Origin: an uncultured Acidimicrobiia bacterium
GTDB lineage: Bacteria > Acidobacteriota > Terriglobia > Versatilivoradales > Versatilivoraceae
Direction of reading: 5' to 3'
NCBI GenBank assembly: GCA_963786955.1
Contig: CAWBAT010000008.1
Location: 96,001 to 160,000, forward strand
DNA: 64,000 nucleotides
The notes beneath the pieces were generated by a model. The model was not told the origin of the DNA, searched no databases, and was given only the letters and a program-made list of their open reading frames with translations. Below, piece by piece: positions 1 through 9,060 of this stretch. A program made the translations under genes and the position numbers. How positions within the stretch are numbered: position 1 is the first letter of the stretch; each line of letters begins with the position of its first letter.

Positions 1-9
1 CATAACGAA

Positions 10-150
10 TTAGGGCCTGACACGATCCTGAGGATTGAATTCACGAACATAGCGGGGCAGGTATTTGATTTCGATGTCGGGGTGAGCGCTAAGCACTTCT
101 CGAATCGGTCGGCCTTGCTTATCCAGTCCACATAGAATGCAAGACTTTCT
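10..150 (-). pseudogene. Degenerate IS630-family transposase fragment (C-terminal DDE motif region)
   Basis: My own translation of the - strand gives ...ILCGLDKQGRPIREVLSAHPDIEIKYLPRYVREFNPQDRVRP*, resembling the IS630 motif HP.I....LP.YSPELNP.E..W; no start codon, bounded by stops. Confidence 0.4.
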
Positions 151-165
151 TCATTCCGAAGAAAC

Positions 166-864
166 TCAGTGGGTCCAATCGAAACAGGTAAGATTCCACT
201 CCGGGCCCTCGACCGCGACCGCTCCCACGTAGCCCGGTTCGACCGGAATATCCCGTAAATGCCAGAGCGAAGCGTCTGCGAATCCTGGTAACGATCTCAA
301 CAGAGCCGCGGGTTCTCCGGGACTCAAGGAAACCTCAAACTGATCCAGGTCAATCCCCAGCCCTTTACCCAATCCTTTGATGTAGGCTTCCTTGCGTGTC
401 CAGCAGCGAAAAAAGGCGCTGCACCGTTCAGAGGGAAGAAGCCTCATGAGTTTGGCTGTCTCCTCCTGACAGAAGAAACGCACGGCTAGCACTTCCATGT
501 CAGAAATCTGCCTGATCTGTTCCACATCGATGCCGATCTCACGTTCTATCGAAAAGCCGAAGACCGCCACGTCTTGCGAGTGTGCAAGGTTGAATCGAAG
601 CCCCTCTTTGTTTTCAATGAAAGGTTTGCCATATGGACTGTAGTGGAGACTTAATTGGTTCGGTTGGCTGCTGAGATAATTTCCCAATAGTGTGCGTAAG
701 ATCCCACGGGAGACCACAAACTGCTTGCGGTCTTTTTCGAAATGGAATCGGTTCGCGCGCGAAATTTCATCGTCTGAGAGCAAATCTTCGAGATCCCGCT
801 GAGCGATATCTTTGGAATCTAAAACGGCTTGCCAAACATGAACTTCGTTAGTTTTGAGCCTCAA
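166..864 (-). CDS. Sfp-type 4'-phosphopantetheinyl transferase
   Basis: Motifs GKP, FNLAHS, IGIDVE, FFRCWTRKEAYIKGLGKG. Confidence 0.93.
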   Translation of the reverse strand: MRLKTNEVHVWQAVLDSKDIAQRDLEDLLSDDEISRANRFHFEKDRKQFVVSRGILRTLLGNYLSSQPNQLSLHYSPYGKPFIENKEGLRFNLAHSQDVAVFGFSIEREIGIDVEQIRQISDMEVLAVRFFCQEETAKLMRLLPSERCSAFFRCWTRKEAYIKGLGKGLGIDLDQFEVSLSPGEPAALLRSLPGFADASLWHLRDIPVEPGYVGAVAVEGPEWNLTCFDWTH

Positions 865-970
865 TGGCTGAATGGAAGAGTGATTTCGAGTCGTGACTCC
901 CTCCCCGACTCTATGGATAAGGTCTGACTGAAGGGCGTTGCGAGACTTGAAGAAAAGAGTACAAACTGAT

Positions 971-1057
971 TGGTGCGGAAGGGGGGACTTGAACCCCCAC
1001 GCCCTTGCGAGCGCTAGAACCTGAATCTAGTGCGTCTGCCAATTCCGCCACTTCCGC
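971..1057 (-). tRNA. tRNA-Leu(CAG)
   Basis: Reverse complement GCGGAAGTGGCGGAATTGGCAGACGCACTAGATTCAGGTTCTAG...GTTCAAGTCCCCCCTTCCGCACCA; anticodon loop TT-CAG-GT, long variable arm, encoded CCA. Confidence 0.97.
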
Positions 1058-1160
1058 AACATGCTTGTTTCTACCATAGCCACTTTTCTCAAGCAAGGAA
1101 AACATAGGCCACGTGCCATCTTCAGCGGTATCTAGATTGTACGAAACCGCGATAACCCTC

Positions 1161-1949
1161 CTAGTCGTCCGGCCTCGTAGAACTCGTCCCTCCAGAAAGA
1201 GCTTGGATTTGGAATCCATTTCGGGAAAGCGCTTCCCTGATATGCCTCAAGATAGTTAATGCCGAAGGATTGTCTCCATGAATGCAAATCGTGTCGGCAT
1301 GAAGGGATATTTCTGCCCCGCTTGCTGTTTTGAGTTTACCCTTGAGAACGATGTCCAAGCATTGCCGGGACGCCTGGACAGGATCTGTAATGAGGGATCC
1401 CGGTTGGGATCTTGGGGTGAGGCTTCCGTCAGTTTCATAAGTTCGGTCGGCGAAAGCTTCCTCCGCAAATGGGATCCTGGCAGCCTTGGCCGCAGCAATC
1501 AACTGTGAGCCGGCGGCCCCAAACAGAATCCATTCAGGATTCAAAATTCTTACAGTACTTGCTATTACTTGGGCGAATTTCCAATTTTTGGCGGCCTCAT
1601 TGTAAAGCCAGCCATGGGGTTTGATGTGGCGAATCTGGCTGCCGGCAGCTCGAGCAAAAGCATCCAGCGCACCAATCTGGTACAGCAAGAGATTTTCGAT
1701 ATCCTCTGTTGTAAGATTCATTGCGCGTCGGCCAAAACCTTCCGCGTCTTGCGTTCCCGGATGAGCTCCAATCGAAACACCATGACGCAGCGCCAACGAG
1801 ACGCTCTCTCGCATTACCTGCGGATCGCCGGCATGAAAACCGCAAGCAATGTTTGCCGAAGAGATGAGGGGGAAAATAGCGGCGTCTCCACCAGACTTGG
1901 CAATCCCAGTCCCCTCACCCAAGTCGCAATTAAGATCGATCGCTTTCAT
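1161..1949 (-). CDS. pxpA: 5-oxoprolinase subunit A (LamB/YcsF family)
   Basis: IDLNCDLGEG, SANIACGFHAGDP, HIKPHGWLYN, EAFADRTY, TICIHGD motifs. Confidence 0.93.
   Translation of the reverse strand: MKAIDLNCDLGEGTGIAKSGGDAAIFPLISSANIACGFHAGDPQVMRESVSLALRHGVSIGAHPGTQDAEGFGRRAMNLTTEDIENLLLYQIGALDAFARAAGSQIRHIKPHGWLYNEAAKNWKFAQVIASTVRILNPEWILFGAAGSQLIAAAKAARIPFAEEAFADRTYETDGSLTPRSQPGSLITDPVQASRQCLDIVLKGKLKTASGAEISLHADTICIHGDNPSALTILRHIREALSRNGFQIQALSGGTSSTRPDD
1169..1194. repeat. REP family A copy (TGGAGGGCCGAGTTCTACGAGGCCG-like) inside the pxpA 3' end
   Basis: CCGGCCTCGTAGAACTCGTCCCTCCA differs by one base from the reverse complement of 8077-8102. Confidence 0.7.
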
Positions 1950-1957
1950 AAACGCCT

Positions 1958-2074
1958 AAAGTCGGACGTCCAAGGTCGAAGGTCAAAAGTCGAAAGTCAA
2001 AGGTCAGGAGTTTAAGCTCAGAATTCAAATGTAAAATCGTTTCATTCGGGAATGGGCATTCGACCTTAGACTTT
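1958..2074. repeat. Heptamer tandem array (AARGTCR x7, one degenerate unit) with a short inverted partner
   Basis: aaagtcg gacgtcc aaggtcg aaggtca aaagtcg aaagtca aaggtca at 1958-2006; ttcgaccttagacttt at 2059-2074 is the reverse-complement type. Confidence 0.75.
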
Positions 2075-2080
2075 ATTTTA

Positions 2081-3352
2081 TTATGACTGCAACGGCAGCT
2101 CGGGTTCAACAACGGTTTCCTGATAAACGCCTACCCAGTTGGCAATCAGCCAGACCGCGCCGGTTAGGAACGTCAAAATGCCAGCAATTAACGCAATGGC
2201 TCGAATGCCCACATAGTGTTCCCCCACGCCCGCCAGAAGCATGGATACGACCATCGTAAAGATCACCAAGCTGTCTTTGGTCGAAAACGTTCGACCCCGA
2301 AACTCGCTGGGAACGATATTCATCAACAAGGTGGTGGCAATGATATGGGTAATTCCCATCGTTACACGACTCACAGCGATCCAAAAAAAACCGGTTGAAA
2401 GAAAATGTGTGAAGCTGAAAATACTGTAAAAGACTCCGGTCAATGCCATGCAAATGCCGATGACCCATTTGGTGACAACGAAGGTTAGGTGACGAAAGTA
2501 AAAATTGGCAATTGTGGCGCCAATCATGATTCCGAGGCCGCCCGCCGAGTACAGGAGTCCAATGCCGGCATCTCCCGCGTGGTAGATGTCCACGGCGAAA
2601 ACAGTGAACAAAATTTGAGCGGCTCCGCCGCCAGTCGCCCATCCAACGCCAATCAACACCAGCCCGAGGACGACCGCATTCCTCCAAATATAGAGAATTC
2701 CGTCATGAAATTCTTTGAAGAACGAGGTTTCGGGGTGAGTGTCTGTGGGAGACCGGCGAGAAGCCTTTTCCTGGAATTTCACGTTCAGGATAAAAGCGGC
2801 AGATCCCAAAAACGAAAATGCATTAATGAGGAAGGCGATATTATAGCCGAACCATAGTGTTGCAAATCCACCGATGGCGCCACCAGCCATTTGCAAGACC
2901 GCCGTGGTTGAGCCGGTCAAGGCATTTGCGGGAGTGAGCTGGTGAGCTTCACAAAGTTCCGGAATGGCTGCCGTTTTGGCAGTAGAGAAGAAAATGGACA
3001 CGGCGGTGAGGAGAGCACTGAAAAGGTATGCCATCCAAACTCGTTCATGGGAATTCACAACGAGGAACCCCAGTGCCAGCAAAGCACGAGCGTAATCAGA
3101 ACCGAGAAGAAGCGTCCGGCGACTCAGTCGGTCTGTAAAGACACCTGCGAAGGGGCCAAAGACAACGGAAGGAACCGTTCGGCAAAGCAAAATGGCCGTG
3201 ACGACGAGGCCGGAGCCGGTCAAATGCAAAGCCAATCCTAGAACAGCAACATTATTGAACCAGTCCCCCAGTTCACTAATAATTTGCCCAAACCACAACG
3301 AGCGGAAATTCTTGTTTGTTTTAACAAGCTGAACGTACCCCAAAGAGCTCAT
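2081..3352 (-). CDS. MFS transporter (MFS_3/macrolide-efflux-like)
   Basis: NFRSLWFGQIISELGDWF start, AGVFTDRLSRR motif A, ~12 hydrophobic segments; ATG at 3352 chosen (ORF extends to 3394). Confidence 0.88.
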   Translation of the reverse strand: MSSLGYVQLVKTNKNFRSLWFGQIISELGDWFNNVAVLGLALHLTGSGLVVTAILLCRTVPSVVFGPFAGVFTDRLSRRTLLLGSDYARALLALGFLVVNSHERVWMAYLFSALLTAVSIFFSTAKTAAIPELCEAHQLTPANALTGSTTAVLQMAGGAIGGFATLWFGYNIAFLINAFSFLGSAAFILNVKFQEKASRRSPTDTHPETSFFKEFHDGILYIWRNAVVLGLVLIGVGWATGGGAAQILFTVFAVDIYHAGDAGIGLLYSAGGLGIMIGATIANFYFRHLTFVVTKWVIGICMALTGVFYSIFSFTHFLSTGFFWIAVSRVTMGITHIIATTLLMNIVPSEFRGRTFSTKDSLVIFTMVVSMLLAGVGEHYVGIRAIALIAGILTFLTGAVWLIANWVGVYQETVVEPELPLQS

Positions 3353-3611
3353 GGCCGGATTATAGCCTATCCGTTCGAGTTCTCTTTTGACCAATTTGAA
3401 ATTGTCGATGAAGCCTGCCTCTCTTCACTTCCTTTACTGAGCGTCCATTCGTTTGGCTGCGAAGCTCCTCTTTGCCCCGCCTTTCCTGATGATGGAAGAT
3501 TAAGGACGAATGGTGAAGGGCGGCATTTTCAACGTGATCGCTTTTCTTTCCAATTTCACGGAGACATGATAGAAGCATCAGAAAAGATCATGAGCTCAGA
3601 AGGAAAAATCA

Positions 3612-6023
3612 ATGGAGTCAACCGAAGAAAGGATCCTGGCAGAACTTAAGTCGGTGCCGTCACGTCTGCTTAGTTCTAAGCAACTCATTCGAATGCTCGG
3701 CCTCGAATCTGACCAACGGCATGAACTGCGGATGACGCTACACGACATGGTCAAATCAGGAACCCTCATCAAACTAAAAGGCAATCGCTATACTTTGCCT
3801 GCAGAGAGCCAATTGGTCAGCGGGAGACTCTCGACCCATCGGGATGGTTATGGATTTGTAATTCCCGAAAAGAAGATACCCCAACTGGAAGGGGATGTGT
3901 TCATCCCGGCGCGTTACATGTCGGATGCCATGGACGGAGACCGGGTGATGGCGACCATGGAAGAATCCAGGCGCGGGAATCGGTCTGAAGGCCGGATCAT
4001 CAAGATTATCGAAAGAAAAAATTTAACCATCGTCGGACAATTCAAGCGGACGGCGCAGGAAAACTTCGTGGTCCCTTATGATCCCAAAATTCAACAGGAA
4101 ATCCTGATCCGCGATGAAGACGACATGAATGCCCCGCCGGATTCAATCGTCAACGTCGAAGTCACCCATTTCCCTCACGGCTATCGCCGGATGCGGGGCA
4201 AGATCGTCGAGATTCTTGGATTTAAAGGGGATTTCGGCATCGACGTCGAAATTATTATTCGAAAACACCAGATCCCGGTGCAGTTTCCAGTGGCTGTCTT
4301 GAGGCAAGCCGACGACATTCGGGATGAAGTGGACGCGTCGGAAGTTGAAAAGCGAACGGATTTCCGAAAGCTTCCGATTGTGACCATCGATGGCGAGACG
4401 GCCAAAGACTTCGACGACGCCGTTCATGTCGAAGAACTCGAAAACGGGAATTTCTTGCTCGGCGTTCACATTGCGGATGTAGCCCATTACATCCGGAAAG
4501 ATTCTCCCCTGGACCGCGAAGCGAAACAGCGGGGGACCTCGGTTTATTTCCCGGATCGTGCCGTCCCGATGCTTCCCGAAAAACTTTCGAACGGAATTTG
4601 CAGTTTGAAACCGAAACTGGATCGGTTGACTTTGTCTGTTCTGATGGAGATTGATCGCGCCGGAAACACCATAGAGTATTCGTTGCATGATGGAATCATC
4701 TGCAGTCAGGAACGCATGACATACACCTCGGTCGGCAAGATTTTGGTCGACCGGGATCCGGAAGAATCTGCCCGGTACTCAAGCCTGATCTCCCACTTCG
4801 AGCAGATGGAGAAGCTGGCGCTCATCCTGAATGGGAAGAGAAGAAACCGCGGATCGATTGATTTTGATTTGCCTGAGCCAGTTATATCTTTCGATGCAAC
4901 GGGCACCATGGTGGGGATCCTCAAGTCCGAACGAAACATGGCGCACCGTATTATTGAAGAATTCATGTTAACTGCCAATGAGACGGTCGCCCACCATTTG
5001 TTCGCGCGAAAAGTTGCCTCCCTCTATCGAATTCATGAAACTCCAGACCCGGTCAAGGTTTATGAGTTTAATGAAATTGCGCAAAGTTTTGGGTACAGCC
5101 TGGGAAGAGTGATCGGGGAGAAGAGTCTGGCGCCTCTTCCAAGACTGAAAGATCGGGTGCGGCGAGGCCGGGGAGGCAGAGAAGTCCATGCTTCGAGAAA
5201 TCAGGAACTGCAGGGGCTTAACATCAGGGTTTCCCCCAAAGATTATCAGAAACTGGTCGATCAGATCTCCGGGAAGCCGGAAGAACGGATCTTGTCATAC
5301 CTCATGCTGCGTTCATTGAAACAAGCCTGCTACTCGCCGCTGAACAAAGGCCATTTTGGGCTCGCGTCTTCCTGTTATACCCACTTCACTTCGCCCATTC
5401 GGCGCTATCCGGACTTGATGGTCCATCGCATACTCAGGAACACCCTTCAACTCGGGACAACCAGCACCGACCCATCCTCAACAAGGGTTTTTTCCTTTCG
5501 GAGGGAGACCTTGCAAGAGCCCACTGTAGCGCACCCTGGCCATGAAAAACTACCCAGGCGGGCTCCAAAAAAAATGCCCAAAGGGGAAGGGGATTCTGTA
5601 AGCGAGCCTTCTCTTTATAGCTCTGAAGAACTGGAATTGATCGCCTCTCACTCCAGTCAGATGGAAAGGCGTTCGGATGATGCGGAGCGGGAGTTGGTTA
5701 ATCTCAAGAAATTAGAATTCATGGCTGACAAGCTCGGTGAAGAATTTGAAGGGATTGTCATTCACATTACGAAAGACGGGATGTTTGTTGAATTAATGGA
5801 GCTATTCATCGAGGGGTTTGTTCGGCTCACGACATTGGAAGGAGATTTTCAATACAAAGAGCGTCCGATCAGCTTGGTGGCGCCACAAAGCAAAATTGTC
5901 TATCGACTGGGAGACCGGCTCATGTTCGGAGTGGATCGCATCGATCGTTTCCGACAGCGGGTGGATCTGTCCGTGGTCAGACGCCCTTCGTCAACCGGTG
6001 ATTCCAAAGGAACGAAGGCATGA
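3612..6023 (+). CDS. rnr: Ribonuclease R
   Basis: N-terminal HTH, cold-shock domains (HRDGYGFV), RNB motifs TIDGETAKDFDDA, HIADV, YTHFTSPIRRYPDL, C-terminal S1. Confidence 0.95.
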   Translation: MESTEERILAELKSVPSRLLSSKQLIRMLGLESDQRHELRMTLHDMVKSGTLIKLKGNRYTLPAESQLVSGRLSTHRDGYGFVIPEKKIPQLEGDVFIPARYMSDAMDGDRVMATMEESRRGNRSEGRIIKIIERKNLTIVGQFKRTAQENFVVPYDPKIQQEILIRDEDDMNAPPDSIVNVEVTHFPHGYRRMRGKIVEILGFKGDFGIDVEIIIRKHQIPVQFPVAVLRQADDIRDEVDASEVEKRTDFRKLPIVTIDGETAKDFDDAVHVEELENGNFLLGVHIADVAHYIRKDSPLDREAKQRGTSVYFPDRAVPMLPEKLSNGICSLKPKLDRLTLSVLMEIDRAGNTIEYSLHDGIICSQERMTYTSVGKILVDRDPEESARYSSLISHFEQMEKLALILNGKRRNRGSIDFDLPEPVISFDATGTMVGILKSERNMAHRIIEEFMLTANETVAHHLFARKVASLYRIHETPDPVKVYEFNEIAQSFGYSLGRVIGEKSLAPLPRLKDRVRRGRGGREVHASRNQELQGLNIRVSPKDYQKLVDQISGKPEERILSYLMLRSLKQACYSPLNKGHFGLASSCYTHFTSPIRRYPDLMVHRILRNTLQLGTTSTDPSSTRVFSFRRETLQEPTVAHPGHEKLPRRAPKKMPKGEGDSVSEPSLYSSEELELIASHSSQMERRSDDAERELVNLKKLEFMADKLGEEFEGIVIHITKDGMFVELMELFIEGFVRLTTLEGDFQYKERPISLVAPQSKIVYRLGDRLMFGVDRIDRFRQRVDLSVVRRPSSTGDSKGTKA

Positions 6024-7564
6024 AGAACCTAATCTGCGTGTCATTTTTACTCACGGGATTTTTGTGCTCGGCCGTCTCGGTCCTATCTCCTCAAGCCTCG
6101 GACACGAGAGGCAAGGAGATTCGAAATGTGTTGTTCATCATGGGCGATGACCACTCGGCCGAGGTGTTGGGGTGCTACGGCAATAAGATCATTCGGACGC
6201 CGAATCTTGATCAACTTGCTTTGCAGGGCACACGATTCGACCGGGCATTCGTCAACGCTCCGTTGTGCACACCTTCGCGGCAGTCTCTCATTACTGGCAA
6301 ATTGCCGCACGCCGCTGGAGTCACTTTGCTCCAAACTCCACTCAGTAGCGAACAGGTCACAATCGCAGACCATCTCACGAAATTGGGTTTTGCCACCGGA
6401 GCAATCGGCAAAATGCATTTCAACAGCCAACTCAATCATGGATTCGGCTATCGCATCGATACACCGGATTACCAGAAACACCTCGACCAGTATCCCCCGA
6501 AGATACTGCCAGAAGGCACTCGAATTAAACCCGTTTGGAAGCCATTTCAAGATCCAGCACGGATTTGGCTGAACGCCGATGGACTTCCTGTGGGCTATAT
6601 GGATGCGGACAGCGAAGGCCCTTACTTTTCCGCACGTACCGTCGATTTCCTCCGAAAAAATAAGACAAATCGATTCTGCCTCTGGCTGAGTTATCACCAG
6701 CCTCATTCCCCTTTTGATTTTCCGGTCGAGTATGCCGGCAAATATGATCCGGGGAAAATGCCGCTTCCCCAGCCCGGGCCTGAGGACCTGCGCTGGATAC
6801 CGGCAATCTTCAGAGATCTGACGGAGGCTGATAAGCGGGGAATCGTTGCCTCGTATTACGAGTCAGTCGAATACCATGACAAAAACATTGGGTTGGTCCT
6901 TGACGAGCTCAAGAGATTGGGACTGGAACAATCAACCCTGGTGATCTATGTGGGTGATAACGGCTATCTCCTTGGTCACCACGGGCGATTCGAGAAGCAC
7001 ACGATGTGGGAGCAGGCGGTTCGGGTACCTTTGATCATTCGCCGAGGGTCCGGTCAAGGGCAAGTGAGGACTTCAAACGCCCTAGTCGAGTTCATTGACC
7101 TCGTGCCAACGATTTTGGAAGTGCTAAAGGTTCCCGCGATGAAGGATCTTCAGGGGAAGAGCCTCGTGCCGCTTATAGATGGCAAGACAAAGGTGCACCG
7201 GGATTCGATTTTCAGCGAATACCTGGAAGATAACCTTGTGATGCTGCGTACCGAAGAATGGAAATATGTCTTTACATCGGGGAAAGCGGATTTGGCGATA
7301 GGCTATGCAACAGGGTACCCCCCACCGGGAATCACACACTGGCTTTACAATTTGAAGCAGGATCCAGGAGAAACTCATAACCTGGCCGGCAACCCGCAAT
7401 ATCAAGCAAAACTCGTAGAACTTCAGAATGCCTTGCTCAGCCGCTTTCAAGAAACGCACCCTTACGCCAAAGACTTTCCTCCGGCAGGGGCATCCATTAA
7501 TGAGGCGCTCACCTGGTTCTGTGACCCTCCAGAAAGCACCATGCCGGCAACAAGTAAGAAATAA
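6020..7564 (+). CDS. Exported formylglycine-type sulfatase
   Basis: Signal peptide; NVLFIMGDDH, CTPSR (CxPxR), GKMH, GDNG...EKH motifs. Confidence 0.92.
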   Translation: MKNLICVSFLLTGFLCSAVSVLSPQASDTRGKEIRNVLFIMGDDHSAEVLGCYGNKIIRTPNLDQLALQGTRFDRAFVNAPLCTPSRQSLITGKLPHAAGVTLLQTPLSSEQVTIADHLTKLGFATGAIGKMHFNSQLNHGFGYRIDTPDYQKHLDQYPPKILPEGTRIKPVWKPFQDPARIWLNADGLPVGYMDADSEGPYFSARTVDFLRKNKTNRFCLWLSYHQPHSPFDFPVEYAGKYDPGKMPLPQPGPEDLRWIPAIFRDLTEADKRGIVASYYESVEYHDKNIGLVLDELKRLGLEQSTLVIYVGDNGYLLGHHGRFEKHTMWEQAVRVPLIIRRGSGQGQVRTSNALVEFIDLVPTILEVLKVPAMKDLQGKSLVPLIDGKTKVHRDSIFSEYLEDNLVMLRTEEWKYVFTSGKADLAIGYATGYPPPGITHWLYNLKQDPGETHNLAGNPQYQAKLVELQNALLSRFQETHPYAKDFPPAGASINEALTWFCDPPESTMPATSKK

Positions 7565-7668
7565 GCTTTTGGAGATGTCTGAGCGTGTTAGCCAACATTA
7601 GAATGCACAAGTGTTGTACAGTTTATTCACACGGGCTGAGCTTTGCGAAGCCTCATTTTGGTAATGCG

Positions 7669-7778
7669 GGCGCGTGGGACCGCTGTCTCCCGCCACGCGC
7701 TTCTGGGCAGTTCAGGCCGCTTGGAAGCAGGCGGGGACGCCTGCACCACAAGTTTGTGGTGCGGGCCTCTGGCCTGCA
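7669..7778. repeat. REP/REPIN-like palindrome cluster
   Basis: GCGCGTGGGACCGCTGTCTCCCGCCACGCGC hairpin (related to 16717-16748) and GCAGGCGGGGACGCCTGCACCACAA...TTGTGGTGCGGGCCTCTGGCCTGC inverted pair. Confidence 0.65.
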
Positions 7779-7855
7779 CAAATATCCAATTTGCGGGGAT
7801 ATACGCGCGGCCTCCTGGAATGGGGCTCTCAGCCAGCCTTCCTCCGGCTCGCGAT

Positions 7856-7884
7856 TTGACAATTTTGGCCCGCTCTTCTAATAT
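7856..7884 (+). promoter_or_regulatory. Sigma70-type promoter of tRNA-Met
   Basis: TTGACA (7856-7861), 17 bp spacer, TAATAT (7879-7884), ending 28 bp before the tRNA. Confidence 0.75.
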
Positions 7885-7912
7885 TTGGCTCGCCGCAGTT
7901 CTCTTCTCTTGT

Positions 7913-7989
7913 GGCGGGGTAGCTCAGGTGGTTAGAGCGAAGGATTCATAACCCTTAGGTCGGGAGTTCAAGTCTCCCCCCCGCTACCA
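7913..7989 (+). tRNA. tRNA-Met(CAT), probably elongator
   Basis: GGCGGGGTAGCTCAGGTGGTTAGAGCGAAGGATTCATAACCCTTAGGTCGGGAGTTCAAGTCTCCCCCCCGCTACCA; anticodon CAT; lacks the initiator C1:A72 mismatch and the three G:C anticodon-stem pairs (Ile2 not fully excluded). Confidence 0.93.
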
Positions 7990-8076
7990 CTTATTCAATA
8001 ATTTAGTGATTTTGTCCGTCCTAATATCCTCGAACAAATTCCACGTGTCGTTGTCATCAATTAACTAATTAACTGT

Positions 8077-8145
8077 TGGAGGGCCGAGTTCTACGAGGCC
8101 GGGTTGAGCAGAGGACATTCCGGCTTCGCAGAGCTCAGCCCTCCA
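8077..8145. repeat. REPIN-like inverted doublet of REP family A
   Basis: TGGAGGGCCGAGTTCTACGAGGCCGG...CCGGCTTCGCAGAGCTCAGCCCTCCA. Confidence 0.75.
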
Positions 8146-8168
8146 GTAATTAAGTTCGGGATTCGGAT

Positions 8169-8996
8169 CTATTGACTGCGTTGGTTGGAACGATTTTTCT
8201 TTCCCTTTGGCGGTGGTGGAGAGCTGTGGGAGGAATCATCTCTAGCTGGGAGATCTGCAATCGAGGGGTTTGCCTGCACGTCTGAGTAAGAGGATGAAAT
8301 GGAAAGTGTCGAGTGACCCGCAATGAATAGATCGCTCGTCGAATCAATCTTCTTGGTCAGCCAATACTTGCCGACACGTTCATATTGACGGTCGATTTCT
8401 GTTTTCAATGTCCAAAAGTTTACGCGTTTAGAAGGTGAACCCTGGATGCGCGCAACGGCAAAATCCTCAGCGTCGATCCAAACTGATCCATTCAGCAGAT
8501 TTCTGCTTTTTCGCTTGGGGCTTATGGTCAGACGATAGCAATTCCGGCCCTCATACTGATCAAAGCCAACAAATCCAAAGTTGTAGTTCACAGGCAGGAT
8601 TCCGTTCTCAATCTGATCCTTTTTATGGCTGCTCTCTTTCTCAGCTTCGAGAATCTTGTCGAAAACGCGCTCGCGGATGATCGTTGGACCTTCCTGTTTG
8701 AGCACCCGTGACTCCAACGACTCCGGTTGCCGGAAAACCGTCATGACATCCATAGTGGATGCGACACCAAAGCGAAGATTTGCGGCCTGAAAGCGGCGTA
8801 GGGCCTTGTACCCGAGCATGGACTGTTCCTGCCATTGGCCATGAGCAACCATCCTGGCCACAATTTGTTCCGCAGGAAGAATCTCAGCCGGCTGTTTTAT
8901 GTTTGTGTCTGATTCACCAGCTCGAATCGAAGTTCCACAAGCCAAGAAAGTCGTCAGGAGAAATAAGGAGTGAGAAGCTTTGAGGACTGAGTTCAT
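8169..8996 (-). CDS. Exported hypothetical protein, possibly LolA/MucB-RseB-like fold
   Basis: Signal peptide/lipobox (FLAC); GRNCYRLTISPKRKS...GSVWIDAEDF pattern of lipoprotein-sorting-like proteins. Confidence 0.6.
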   Translation of the reverse strand: MNSVLKASHSLFLLTTFLACGTSIRAGESDTNIKQPAEILPAEQIVARMVAHGQWQEQSMLGYKALRRFQAANLRFGVASTMDVMTVFRQPESLESRVLKQEGPTIIRERVFDKILEAEKESSHKKDQIENGILPVNYNFGFVGFDQYEGRNCYRLTISPKRKSRNLLNGSVWIDAEDFAVARIQGSPSKRVNFWTLKTEIDRQYERVGKYWLTKKIDSTSDLFIAGHSTLSISSSYSDVQANPSIADLPARDDSSHSSPPPPKGKKNRSNQRSQ

Positions 8997-9060
8997 CGGC
9001 AGAGCAAATTATTGATGATTCATGACGAGATAGTTGACTTCCTTGACTTCGCAGGATCGT

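Noticed and set aside
166-864. PPTase plus P450 as a sign of a biosynthetic gene cluster
   Set aside because: No NRPS, PKS or carrier-protein gene in the window, and the two genes are 20 kb apart.
911-1219. 102 aa ORF (also 7643-7951)
   Set aside because: These overlap tRNA genes and REP sequences; spurious.
7623-7631. DnaA-box-like TTATTCACA (also ~20285)
   Set aside because: Isolated single matches; no box cluster or dnaA context for an origin.
7990-8170. Possible integrative element at the tRNA-Met 3' end
   Set aside because: AT-rich, but there is no integrase and I saw no duplicated tRNA 3' end in the window.
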